From Neophaeotheca triangularis (Eukaryota): a stretch of DNA of 64,000 nt. Below, in pieces: positions 12,601 to 21,638 of the stretch; the stretch's first letter is position 1; each line of letters starts with the position of its first letter. Position numbers and translations under genes: made by a program. The notes beneath the pieces were generated by a model. It had not been told where the DNA came from, searched no databases, and saw nothing but the letters and a program-made list of their open reading frames with translations. The stretch lies in the NCBI GenBank assembly GCA_054600435.1, contig BAAIJX010000054.1, forward strand, positions 62,001-126,000, in the 5' to 3' direction.

Positions 12601-12703
12601 TTTGGACGATCTCATGGCGCCCGGGGCTGGGGGAGCGAAGAAGGGGAATACGATCAAGGGAAAGAAGAGGGGCGGGCGGTATGTGGATGTGATGGCGAAG
12701 TAG
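6620..12703 (+). CDS. SEC16: COPII coat assembly scaffold Sec16
   Basis: About 2027-aa ORF (first ATG at 6620): acidic N-terminus, P/Q/S-rich disordered regions, central conserved domain (FPGPL...KKKEV, LWGHAMLIAS, WRETLGLVISN, LLTEIYEY) and C-terminal AKLGEESSFYYDKDLGKWVNK...RYVDVM. Confidence 0.94.
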   Translation: MDDDDYPNFGSAFPSEIVERTPTPSAHWNPAMRPDAASSQAQTQPQLAVQEQEHATQPPPESDDDFFDRYPDADPDQSKGRDTTADPEDDPESALRKRSKSVSHRVDNPTNDAQPGEMESKLNFSTDIERPLGNPDDRAAGDSAPPDDEGPVFGAHETVTEQRRELEISSELPAEPQKEDAQTVEEVADAGEADRIASHEQELEPVASNPSQNYEHQGEISQMEEAVDESVEAPLMEDEEPLPTPGYASRANTLGFGSFAEQGGQAGQPANPGLDRSFTTDFTEPPQTQEQQRQETIEPAWPEEGDDQTFGELLDSERQSESSARSPERFEAQPLSDGTLENSHSEGDEMAPPPISQVISHTAANDAEKEAAPDAPVEDILEAKQDTMAEMSATNDAEKEAAPDSAVEDVGEAKEDNMAAMWEAALDDDDLLDDELLDDDEEDAVDPSAVFGDDEDLLEDDPFESIGQGAGASGPGSQGQMQGSGQSQNPAQSVQSRGVSANQYVPTGLAQAGRSPQIIPYSAPGAHFVGQAHGRSAGTPDTGLFDIYNQPGALTQQPQQSAQRPAPPSQAQSFADKSKGGYSSPYDLPMEVVKPRRRPQPPPQVTSGGPAPPPRSSSYTSQPGQPPAAAVPPRAPSVTSMSPPTATQPSGSVQPTSVKSTPQAASGFFEDLPMTVKPRPRPPYTPQAGGMPAPPPQVPGPPQQQQQAPPHSGPSAPPMQPPKRPAAAPTQQSQPAMAGLGLRQPEKMPLMPDQTEMAPPQAPQAPPATSRYSPNAQVASVSQQQSRYSPAPPLQPSATSSVTQSRYSPAPGAQPTTNKPPTNRYASAPAQQAPVNKPQPFAPRTSSPLAYHDKPHPPLPVNISHDSPSSPSRQNGLTASAPSTGRPDSSSSRYSPAEPRGTDPSHTRPRTQSPDDAMKSARAATMGLARSTSSQPPQTKGPVLPHRRQFSRELSFAPPQDERSADPFERWRGHPIFRWTAGGMVVHSFPKQTPYYSSGSTAPTLKCTPGSITVQDASSLMPMPEAAMKFPGPLSARSKGKKKEVVAWLGSKIEELERLTQSAKLDYGVSSDDKKRVEEKTMLWKVTKVFVENDGVLEGNAKTDEEVRKVLLPDLAQMGQVVDLSSPTAAAAMQPDAIERDVLFQLRQALLEGQRERAVFLAEEKKLWGHAMLIASTMGPETWKQVVQSFVRSNVKTMGSDSRSIAALYQIFAGNSEDCVDELVPPSARAGFQMINKVDGSSAGNPLGGLDSWRETLGLVISNRTPGDGQSLLSLGKLLQSYGRPEAASTCFLFARSFAKHSGADDAEAHFVLLGDRQTPEHALGNDLDSILLTEIYEYAASFQLPSSAVAYIPHLQSYKLLHAHELAAYGQTSKAQAYCEHIASAIRSTTRPSQYYHPAFTQAIDDLNRFLSQTPQSAAGGKSFFSKPNMAKVSSGMGSWFTKLVEGEDDTDQASTTPGPGGDVGAEANTPFGMVNGDTGATISRSASGTDLYNPMNGGAAGTPGPYQPMTAQGRYAPSALGQQSQSGGSRYAPSPMPSAYAPGRSSMDSDRSSIPSSMGVSAAEPPRPSSARYASYAPATHQPPQQSLGVPRPEVSRATSDFQAPYNVSASRRGSQQSVQSNLSRGSHEPKPALAEQRNSPYGMYQPSPQQEPAQPQPPMEQRQGSPYGMYQPSPQQEPMQPQPASFEEGGYPHSNGLPSPTQQQPQQQLQMEPQPDPEDGGYAPPTSTGSSYEPPSTSYEPPSTTYQPYQPDPEPDSPVETQSKPRRGIMDDDDDDLVARAAALKLEPSSASGTPSNDRAAADAAADAAFRAAAEADAARDKTKQQPKKSGWLSGGLGGGWFSKKASDSDLSSASGNQPIKAKLGEESSFYYDKDLGKWVNKKGGPEAATPVAATPPPPKGPGSRTASAMGPPSGPPSRVASGSNLPPAGNSNSRPPTSSGLSNPPAGFVMGSQPPSRTGTPASENGGAGGLAPPMPPPSRPGTGLSNASSLDDLMAPGAGGAKKGNTIKGKKRGGRYVDVMAK
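7704..7884 (+). repeat. 90-bp (30-aa) in-frame tandem duplication in SEC16
   Basis: caacgatgctgaaaaggaggctgcgcc occurs at 7711 and 7801; the protein reads NDAEKEAAPD..VED..EAK.D.MA twice. Confidence 0.9.
11531..11680 (+). repeat. 78-bp (26-aa) in-frame tandem duplication in SEC16
   Basis: SPYGMYQPSPQQEP is encoded at 11543 and 11621 with synonymous differences. Confidence 0.88.
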
Positions 12704-15575
12704 TGAAGATGGTGTAGTGGATGCAAGAGGGGTGGCTTTGGTAGAGTCTGTGCTTGGTGTTCGGTCTAGCTGGTGTTAAGGAGGTATGATTGCATGGCTG
12801 TGAGCATGCCCTTCTCAGGACAAACTGGGCTTGGATGAGCCTCGCATCAAGCGGCATTTTGGTGTTGTTGGAATTGGGAATCTGTATCATAACTATTGTC
12901 GCCTTTCACTTCGACTAATCGAGGCTGTAGTACTCCTGCATAGACAAGTGTAGTGCTTCAAGCAGACATTACTTGTTCTTCATAACTCGCAGACGATAAC
13001 AACACGCTGTGAGAACATGCGGCCGCTCTAGTGGATGACGGTACGCAAGCCAAACAAAGTGACATGTACGAAATCAGCGGTACTGGATTAATTGACCCCC
13101 CTTGTAGGACTCGACCGGACTTGGTAGGATGGCAGGAGCCGAGAATATAAACGTCATCAATATCAAATTAGTGCAGAGGTCTCCGGCAATCAGAATCGAG
13201 ATGGGCCAAGGTGAAGAATCCTGCAGCACAACGCCAGTCAGCTTCCATCGAGCGCCAATGGTGCGCACTCGGAAGGACGGTAAGAACCTGGCATTGCTAT
13301 GATAACTGCTTCGGCGTGCTCTCGACACAGGTAGAAGGCCTTAATGTTACCGTTGAGCAGTCCTGTCCGCTCCGCAAACCCCTCGGGCTTCACGCAACAG
13401 TCGTTGTGGTGGTGGTGTCTTGTTGCTCCGTCGCTTTTGCCAGGGACAACTTGTCCCACCTAGCGTTTCTATCATTGCCTCCAAGACTCCAGCCGAGTCT
13501 CGGTCCACGTGACTAGCATGCTTCGCGTGAGATTCGAGCTCGTACGCATCGGCACCAGCGCGACGAGGGTCGCGGGCTAGGGGACTGCTCGGCGCGCTCT
13601 GCCATCAAGCAGCATCGACTTTCACCAGCGTCGAGGGCGTCCTAGCCGGATGCCACCGCACAGAGTGCTTCCGAGGCTGTCGAGCATCGGTGAGGATCTT
13701 GGTCCGTTGAGACGCTGCGCTCCCGCCTCGTCACCCTGGAGAGTGTCACGGGCAAGCGTGTGCGCTTCTCCAGCCTCGTACGACAGCGGCGAGTGACGGG
13801 TCTATTTGTGTTGAGAAGTCGACGAGTGGCGTGGCGGCGTACTCCAGATGGTCGTTGAAGCTGTGACGGTGGCCACCGCGCACGACCGACTCCACGCCAT
13901 CTGCTTTCGAATCGCTTGCTACTGTGCCTGACTACCTCTAGACTTAGCTTTCAAAGACTCGACAGTCGACTTCTCAAGCTTGGAAGTACAGTCTTCTGCA
14001 TTGTTAGCACTGCATGGCCGCCCGAAGTCCCGTGCGATTTGGGGTTGCACGACAGCCTCATATCATCTATTTGAAGCATGGCGGACACACGTCACGAACG
14101 GTCAATGTCTGACCAGCAGTTACCCGAGACCTGCCGTTACCGTAATGCGTACAGAACCTGGAGGTTCGTGGGCTTCTGTGATGCTTCTGTGAAGCCAATG
14201 GCTTGCTCAAAGTGGTCGGGCGGAAAGAGTGGAATATGCTTCTCGTCGCGCGTCTCGGCTTTATTTTTTTTCCAATGATGTCGGTCGGGGAATATGGTAG
14301 GCGATCTGGGGGACTGCATCTCCGGTAGTCATTGAAGATGACCAGTCATTATTGCCCAGAGGCCATGCAGGTGGAAAAGGCAGGTGATTATTGACAAGGA
14401 TAGACGATGAAAGGATTGCCGAGAATTCAAATGGGTCGGCGGCTACCTACCTAGTGAGGCAATATGAACCGCATACTTGGGGGAGCTCCGTACCTAGGTA
14501 TATGTCCAGAATTATTAATTGACTGACTATAGGTACCTCACCTAGTATTGCCAGGCACAACAGGGAATACCCACGTGTCGCACTCGGCAGTCATGTCCCC
14601 ATTATTATTGTTATTATTGTTAATATTGATATTAATGGTAGAAATCCAGGTTATCATCGTCTTTCTTCACGTTTCTTCTCCACTGCTCCACTCATGCCGC
14701 TGAACCCCATTTTGATTCTCCGAAAAATGCAAAAAAGAATTCCCCGACACTGGAACTTTAATAAAATAATACAACAGTAGTAGGGCAGTAGTAGTAGGGC
14801 AGTAGTAGTTAGTGGTAAGTACCTCCTACTAGGTACATAGTAGCTGGACCGTGGGAGAGCTTCTTAATCTTGCCAGCCTCATCGCTGACGGAATTAATAT
14901 TAATGGTTTGGTTACCGTAACATACAGTACCTACTGACACTATCGTCTCCGCGTGCTACCATGTCGGTTGATAGATAGAATACTAAGTACACTGTACGTA
15001 CCATACCGTACCTACCTCAAGGCAGTACAAACTTGAGCTTCTCTCTTCCCGTCCCCTCCCCTCCCCTCCCCGTCCCTGCAGCCGCATCCACTTTCGCTTT
15101 ACCACACTGCCCGCAGTTATTACACCTTAACCTTACGCTCCGTTTTCGCGTTGTTGTCGTCGACCCTGAATCGCGTCCAAGACGTACCCCAGTAGTACAG
15201 TACCTCCCTATCAACCTTTCTCTTCTACACTACTACTTGACTACTACTACTTCCCATCTTCAATACTCGACCCACTAAAGTACCCCGCCCTGTATATGCC
15301 TGCTCCATTTGACTTTCTTATCACTTTTTGCCACCGTGGAGCCGAGGACATTTTGGGCTGACCGTATACATTGATTACCTTACAACACCCTTCTTGTTGA
15401 TCTCGGTCAGAGCTCACTCACTATTCTGTTCTGTCATTTGAACAACGTCCTCCTCGAGCCATGTGATTTTGCTGCACGGCATCGCCATCCATTCTAGACC
15501 GGAGAAAAAAAGAAAAAAGAAAAGAAGAAAGGTCAGGAGCAAAGAAGAAATCCCATTGAAACGCGAGCTCTTCCA

Positions 15576-16880
15576 ATGGCACCGCTCAAATATTCCACGC
15601 CTTTGCTATGGCTGGTTGCAGCGTTGGCTACACTTTCCCAGCTTGCCCTGGTGGCAATCACAGCACGCCTGGCCACTACAACACTAAACAGTAGCCGAGT
15701 CCATGGCACTGCGTTGGCGGCTATCGTTCTGGAAATCGTCAGCTTGGCCATACTACTCAGCGCACTTGCGGCAATCGTGCCCAGAGTGCAGGCCGAAAAC
15801 CAGTCCCTGAACCGCCCAATATACAAGTATGGAGCTTTCACAGGCCTGATCATCACTCTCTGCGCCATGGTCACGGCCATCTACGTCTTCGCTTGGAACC
15901 AGTCCTACGAGCAACCACGAGGCCTATCTCAAGCAGGCATTGCAATCTGGGCCATCGCTCTGACATTGCAACTGTCCCTTGCCGTCTTGTTGGCAGTGCA
16001 ATGGCCGCGGAAAGAATGTCACATTGTGGAAGAGACCTTCGACCATCCCTCTTCGTCACGCTCATCGAAGCGCTCGATTTCAGTTCAAATGACCTCTTTG
16101 ACGCCACCTCCACCTTTCTACCCAGCTTCACCGACCCCACAATCGCCAACCTATTCCACTACATCGTCTCACAGCCCAGGATCGTCGTTGCGACAATCTC
16201 TGCAGAAAGCGGTCCGCCCAGTCACTTCCAAGACCAAGCTTATTCTACCAGGCTCGTTTTCCGGCAGGGAAACACCAAGCATGTATTCCAGAGAAGCGTC
16301 CTTCGACGGAGCAAATCAGGACGATGACTTCTGCTCCTGGGACACGTCAGCGGTGCACGAGTTTGAGCATCCGATGCAGCAGCAGAGGGTAGCTCACAGA
16401 GGAAGGTTGGAAACCATACCCGGCAGCCGACCAGTATCCCCAGCCAAGCCCCTGGATGGACCGTTCTCAACTCCTCCCAGCCCAGAAGAGAATCAAGAGA
16501 CGACGCTCCCCGAAACGCCACAGTCGCCGGCCAACTTGGCGGGTGACTCGAACGCACCTCGCAACGACTCCGTGGCCACCAGCCGACGACCGAGCACCGT
16601 CAACGACCAATCACACATCCACCCCTTGTTCCGTACCGAGAGCCCTGCTCCTCCACCAGTCCCCTCTCCTGGTACAATCGTCACTGCTTCCCCAATCGCA
16701 GGCCAAATCTTCTCCGAAGAAGCCTGGGGTCAACATCGGGCAGGCTCGGTGCACGGCGAGAGCACGCATCCGCTATCTCCAGTCAGGAGTCGGGCGTCGA
16801 GTTTGAAAAGCCAAAGGAGCAGGCCCCAGCTCGACGAGGACGTGCCGCCGGTGCCGAGCACGATGCCTCCAGTGGGATGA
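15576..16880 (+). CDS. Hypothetical fungal membrane protein: four N-terminal TM helices and a Ser/Pro-rich tail
   Basis: 434-aa ORF with four hydrophobic segments in the first 145 aa, then a disordered tail with LETIPGSRPVSP and HIHPLFRTESP motifs. Confidence 0.8.
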   Translation: MAPLKYSTPLLWLVAALATLSQLALVAITARLATTTLNSSRVHGTALAAIVLEIVSLAILLSALAAIVPRVQAENQSLNRPIYKYGAFTGLIITLCAMVTAIYVFAWNQSYEQPRGLSQAGIAIWAIALTLQLSLAVLLAVQWPRKECHIVEETFDHPSSSRSSKRSISVQMTSLTPPPPFYPASPTPQSPTYSTTSSHSPGSSLRQSLQKAVRPVTSKTKLILPGSFSGRETPSMYSREASFDGANQDDDFCSWDTSAVHEFEHPMQQQRVAHRGRLETIPGSRPVSPAKPLDGPFSTPPSPEENQETTLPETPQSPANLAGDSNAPRNDSVATSRRPSTVNDQSHIHPLFRTESPAPPPVPSPGTIVTASPIAGQIFSEEAWGQHRAGSVHGESTHPLSPVRSRASSLKSQRSRPQLDEDVPPVPSTMPPVG

Positions 16881-17691
16881 ATGTCGTCAAAACCATCGAG
16901 GACGATTTCGGAAAGTGCAACACCCGAATGAACACATGGGCGAAAGTTTGATCAGCACGAGACACGCCTTGCCTACAGTGCCGATGGCCTTTTTATTTTT
17001 CGCCCGGCTTGCGGATGACCTCGCCACTCTTCTTCTTATCGTCCCTCGGGTAACTTTCAAGTTTCGGCCCACGACACGCACAAGATGCAACGCCCTTGCA
17101 CGTGAACTACCACGTTGCCAGGACTTCGCCGCCCAAACGAAAATTGGACCTCCACAAACGCCTCGCCACCGTTCTTCGAAACGTGCGGGTTTACCGCCAC
17201 CGAGCAACGAGCAACGAACATCGCCAACGTCGATTTTAATCCTGCCAAAGGCGGGTTTTACCCCCAACGCAGTGCGAGTGGCGCTGACTGCAGGATGTAG
17301 AAGGCGGGCATCTTCTGGTGGTTCGTTTGATGCCGCCAGTGATCGAGGCTTCAGCAAGCGGCGCTCGGAGGTGTTGCAGTCCGCGTGGCGTATATGAGGC
17401 GGGCTAGGCCAGGGGTGGATGAAGGGTCGGCTAGAAGTAAGTGTTTTAAGTTTGAAGGTGAATGTTGGCTTGGTGTCAATAATGGAATTCACGCTTGGTA
17501 GTATGTGGCGGTATTTTGACTGAACGTCAGGAGGAAAAACAAAGGGCAACGAATGTATGGGTATTTACGGCGGTATGTGTCATGTTTAGTCTCGATTTTC
17601 CTTGTTATTAAATTCTTCTATCTGTTATATGTATTATCTACAGAACTTTCCCAATGGTCGTAACATCGTAAGATTTTATTCGTCCACTTTC

Positions 17692-18780
17692 TTAGAAGAC
17701 CATGCACAGGCGGCCTTTGAGATCCTTCCTGTTGTAGTGGTTCATCATATCGTTGATCTCATCGACCTTGTACGTCTTCTCAATGTAGGTCGTGCAGCCA
17801 TTCTTGGCGTGCATGTTGATCATGTCCTGGCATTGCTCGGGAGTGCAGATCAAGCGGCCCTTGACCGTCTGCTCCTTGAAGTTGAGGCAGAAGGCGTCGA
17901 CTTCCAGCGGGCCGTCGGCGGGTAGACCGACGTCGCAGAGAATCCCGCCCTTGCGGAGGAATTGCTGGGAGAAGCGGACCAGGGGCCGGGCCTCGGCGTT
18001 GATGACGACCTTGTCGACGCCCGGGTTGGTGTCGTAGAATGAGCTTTGAAGCTTTTCGATGCATTTGTTCTGGTTTTCTTCGGTGTCGACGACGTAGCTC
18101 TCGTCGGGCTTGAGGTGAGACGGGCAGTTGTTGGCGACGTCGATGCCCTCTTTGCGGTTGTCGATGGCGATGACCTTGCAGCCCATGGCTTTGGCGTACT
18201 GCACTCCGAGGTGTCCGAGTCCGCCGATGCCGACCATGGCCACAACCTCTCCGGGTTGAGGGTTGACCGCCTTGAGCGCTCCGTACACTGTTGCGCCGGC
18301 GCAGAAGAGAGGGGCAGCCTCGTCCCACGGGATACCGTCGGGGATCTTCGAGACAACGCGGGCGTCGGCCTTCATGTACTGGCTGAAGCCGCCGTTGATG
18401 GTCAAGCCCAACATTCCCGGCAGCTTCTCGCACAGCTGCTTGCCAACCTTGCAAGAGTTGCACTTGCCACAGAAGCCGTATGTGTTGATGGAGCCGACGC
18501 GGTCGCCGACCTTGATGTTGCTGTTGCCTGCGTCCGAACCAGCTTTTACCACAGTGCCTGCGGGCTCGTGAGAGCCGACGAGGCCTGGCTTTGCGCCTGC
18601 GGAAGCGTAGACTCCCTCCATGACCTGCAAGTCGGTGTGGCAGTAGCCAGCGGCGGCGATCTTTACGAGGATGTCGTTGGGGCCCAGGTCGGTGGGTACA
18701 TCGATGTCCTTGACTTCGTAGCCCTGCTTGAAGTCCTTGATGACGGCGCCGCGCATAGTCTGAGGGATTGTTTCGGACAT
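17692..18780 (-). CDS. Zinc-dependent alcohol dehydrogenase (MDR superfamily)
   Basis: 362 aa with GYCHTD, GSHEPAG, structural zinc motif CGKCNSC-x7-C, CAGATVY and Rossmann GIGGLGHLG; strong GC3 bias. Confidence 0.95.
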   Translation of the reverse strand: MSETIPQTMRGAVIKDFKQGYEVKDIDVPTDLGPNDILVKIAAAGYCHTDLQVMEGVYASAGAKPGLVGSHEPAGTVVKAGSDAGNSNIKVGDRVGSINTYGFCGKCNSCKVGKQLCEKLPGMLGLTINGGFSQYMKADARVVSKIPDGIPWDEAAPLFCAGATVYGALKAVNPQPGEVVAMVGIGGLGHLGVQYAKAMGCKVIAIDNRKEGIDVANNCPSHLKPDESYVVDTEENQNKCIEKLQSSFYDTNPGVDKVVINAEARPLVRFSQQFLRKGGILCDVGLPADGPLEVDAFCLNFKEQTVKGRLICTPEQCQDMINMHAKNGCTTYIEKTYKVDEINDMMNHYNRKDLKGRLCMVF

Positions 18781-19681
18781 GGTTGCGGTTGTCTGTGTGT
18801 TTGTAGAAATGGTTGATTTGGAGTGTAGAATTGAGAGTGGTTGAGAAGTATGGAGGAAGGATAATGTTGCCTTTGGGCGAAGCGATTCCCTTTAGTACCT
18901 ACCAAGATATCTCTTTGCCCATCATTCTGCCGACATCTGTCTCTTTCTTCGACAACGTCACTTGCATCCCCAGGGAGGCAAGTAACGGAGTCGCCATCAT
19001 AAAAGCGGGCCTTGCTCTTAGTATGCGGTAGGCGATGGGGGTGGCATCCGGGGAGGTCGGGGTTTGCTGTCGCAGGTGGCAACTCTGATATGTACCTCAG
19101 AGAAGGTCGACGTTCAAATGAGAAGCAAAAGCGACACTACCTTTGTGAGCTGGACGTCTTCCTATATCTATGCGTGTAGATATCCATCATGGTATGGGAG
19201 TTCAAGGTGTTCGAACTCGAACTGCCAAGACGTGTAGTTGAGCGGACGTCCCAAAAGGGAAAGCCGGAGTAGAGTATTCCTATTGCTGAGTTGTCGTCTT
19301 GTCTTCTTTTTTACATCATCATTCAATCATTGCACCCTTATTATTACTTGTCGTCGCCGACCCCCCGTACCGGCCGAAAATGTTCGGACTCGAACAGTCC
19401 GAGGACTGGTGTTTTGTTGACCGTGGTCTTAACACACGCTTGACCTTGGAAGCAGTTGTCGACATGCTACTGCGACTGCTGTTGTGCTTGCCATGCATAT
19501 CGTCATTCGTGGGAAGCAGCTATTGACATCTAATATAGGCGCAGCCAAGGTAAAGACGGTAAGGTATCCAACAACGTCTCTCCTGGCGGTATCCCCCATT
19601 GTAAAGCCCTACGCCGACCACCTAGACATATCGTATTAGTAAACACTTATCACTCTTCCTATCAGCAGTAAGACAACAAAT

Positions 19682-20824
19682 ATGCAAGCACACGAAGAAG
19701 CATACCGTGCACTCAACACCTTGACCGATGAGGTGGCAAACCCAGGTCATGATATAGGGTCTCACCCGCATCGCAGTGTTAAACACCCCATCTCGCACGC
19801 GCTACTCAGCAAGCACGACAGTGACTTCAATCCCCTTGAAGACGTCCAAGCCTCATGGCACATGGGGAACTACGTCAAAGACCGTCAGACAGGTCGCCGG
19901 ATTTGGGAGCCGATGAGCGTCTACGTCCGAGTCGGGATGCACCTGCTCTACTACGGTTCCGAGCAGGAAAAAGCGCTGCATTAGAAACGCACCGTGCAGC
20001 TTTTGAAAGAGCACACTGAGAAGATGGGCCGGCAGTACGACGACCCGAAGAGTCGAGGTCACATTGTCCCCTTCATTCGAGCTTTCAAGCTAGAGCAGAC
20101 GTTGCAAGAACTCGAGCAACCGGACATCAGTCAATACAGGAACTTCAACGCCTTTTTCTCTCGAGCTCTCAAAGCGAATGCACGCCCGATCGCAGAACCC
20201 ACCAACGATCTTGTCTTCACCAGTCCTGCAGACTGCCGCATGACAGCTTTCAGTACCACTGACCTAGCCACGAAATACTGGATCAAAGGCCATGGCTTCA
20301 CCATCGGCAAGCTGCTGGGCGGTGATCATTGGGCCAGCAGCTTCGGTGGCGGAAGCATGACGATTGCACGTCTAGCACCCCAAGACTACCACCGCTGGCA
20401 CGCACCGACATCGGGGAAAGTCGCCGCCCGTTTCGAGATCCCTGGCACGTACTACACCGTCAACCCGCAAGCAATCAACGAGGCCGGCACTCTGAACGTC
20501 TTCTGCGAAAACCGTCGCTCGGCCATGTGTCTCCAACGCCCGAACGGGACGTATGTAGCTGTTGTGGCAGTCGGAGCGATGCTTGTCGGCAGTATCATCT
20601 ACGAGGCTGGCGTGAAGGTCGGGGCCATGGTGCAGAGGGGTCAGTGTCTGGGACGGTTTCAGTATGGTGGCAGTACGGTGATTGTGCTCTGGCCCCCTGG
20701 TGAGGTTGCTCTTGATGAGGATCTGGTGGCCAGCAGCGGTGCTGGCGAGCCGTGTGAGACTTTGATGCGGGTTGGATGGAGAGTGGGCGTTGCGCCGACC
20801 AAGGGGCGTGTTGGTGGGCTTTAG
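19682..20824 (+). pseudogene. Phosphatidylserine decarboxylase family (short PSD2-type) with one in-frame TAG at 19982-19984
   Basis: ORFs 19682-19984 and 19994-20824 share a frame: EKALH*KRTVQLLKE. Motifs FNAFFSR, SPADCR, RLAPQDYHRWHAP, VGAMLVGSI and the self-cleavage motif FQYGGST are intact. Confidence 0.88.
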
Positions 20825-21638
20825 CTGGATCAAAGTCTAGGATGGAACTGTATCGATTGGTTAGTAGACCACTTTTACGAAGACCCGTTACCTGATCAGC
20901 GCTCGACTTCTCGTTGGTGATGTTTAAAATATTGCGATGGTGCTCTGACATCATCCCCCCCCCCCCCGTGTCATGTTGCAAGATGTGATAGAGTACTGCG
21001 ACTACGTGAAAGCAAAGATGATATACTCGCTCGCTGAATCCGGCATGTGTCGTTGCGATTTCAATGACATTCAGTAATTACTGGGGACAAAAGAATACCA
21101 CCACATTCAGGGTGTACAATCAATCATATTAGGGACGCAATAGCTCGAAAAGTGATGAGTACGTTCTGCTATCTACTGTAGCTCCATCGCGCCAATCTGC
21201 CCCCAGGCCTCCACCATCTTCCTCCGACCAGTGCCCATGATGGCAGGTTGTTCTGATGCTGGTGGAATCCGAACTCGGTGGCGTCTGGGTGGTAAGCCCA
21301 AGTTGTGGGGCAGCCGCCGAGCCGATAGTGGTGGGGATGCTAGGTCCTAGCGCGTTGTGTGGGAACTGTAGCCGCGGATCGTCAGTAAGCGGGACTTGTA
21401 ACGTTCAGGAATTGTTTGACCTCACCTCATCACTTCGAGTGAAGCCGTCCTTATTGACAATGTCACAGGTATATTGCAACCCATGTTTTTTGTTCATGAC
21501 GACGGCATAGCGTCGGAATATGCAACGCGCTGGAGTTGAAGACAAAGTCGCAAAGACGCTCCTGAGGCGGCGTCGACTGGAAATTTGTCGCCGAAGCGAC
21601 CAAAAAAAAAAAAAAAAAAGAAGAAAAAAAGAAGCTCG

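Noticed and set aside
2209..12703. Genome-wide UAG reassignment
   Set aside because: NEO1, SEC16 and BET1 end with TAG at their expected C-termini.
12900..14400. Short ORFs between SEC16 and the four-TM gene
   Set aside because: No recognisable domain or consistent exon structure; treated as intergenic or UTR.
16887..17549. 220-aa minus-strand ORF between convergent genes
   Set aside because: Non-ATG start and a non-protein-like sequence lying in 3' UTR territory.
17780..18816. Long alternative-frame and antisense ORFs (227-256 aa) over the ADH; similar ones over NEO1, PPT1, MID1 and the 57-60 kb gene
   Set aside because: These are shadows of codon-biased genes with no independent motifs.
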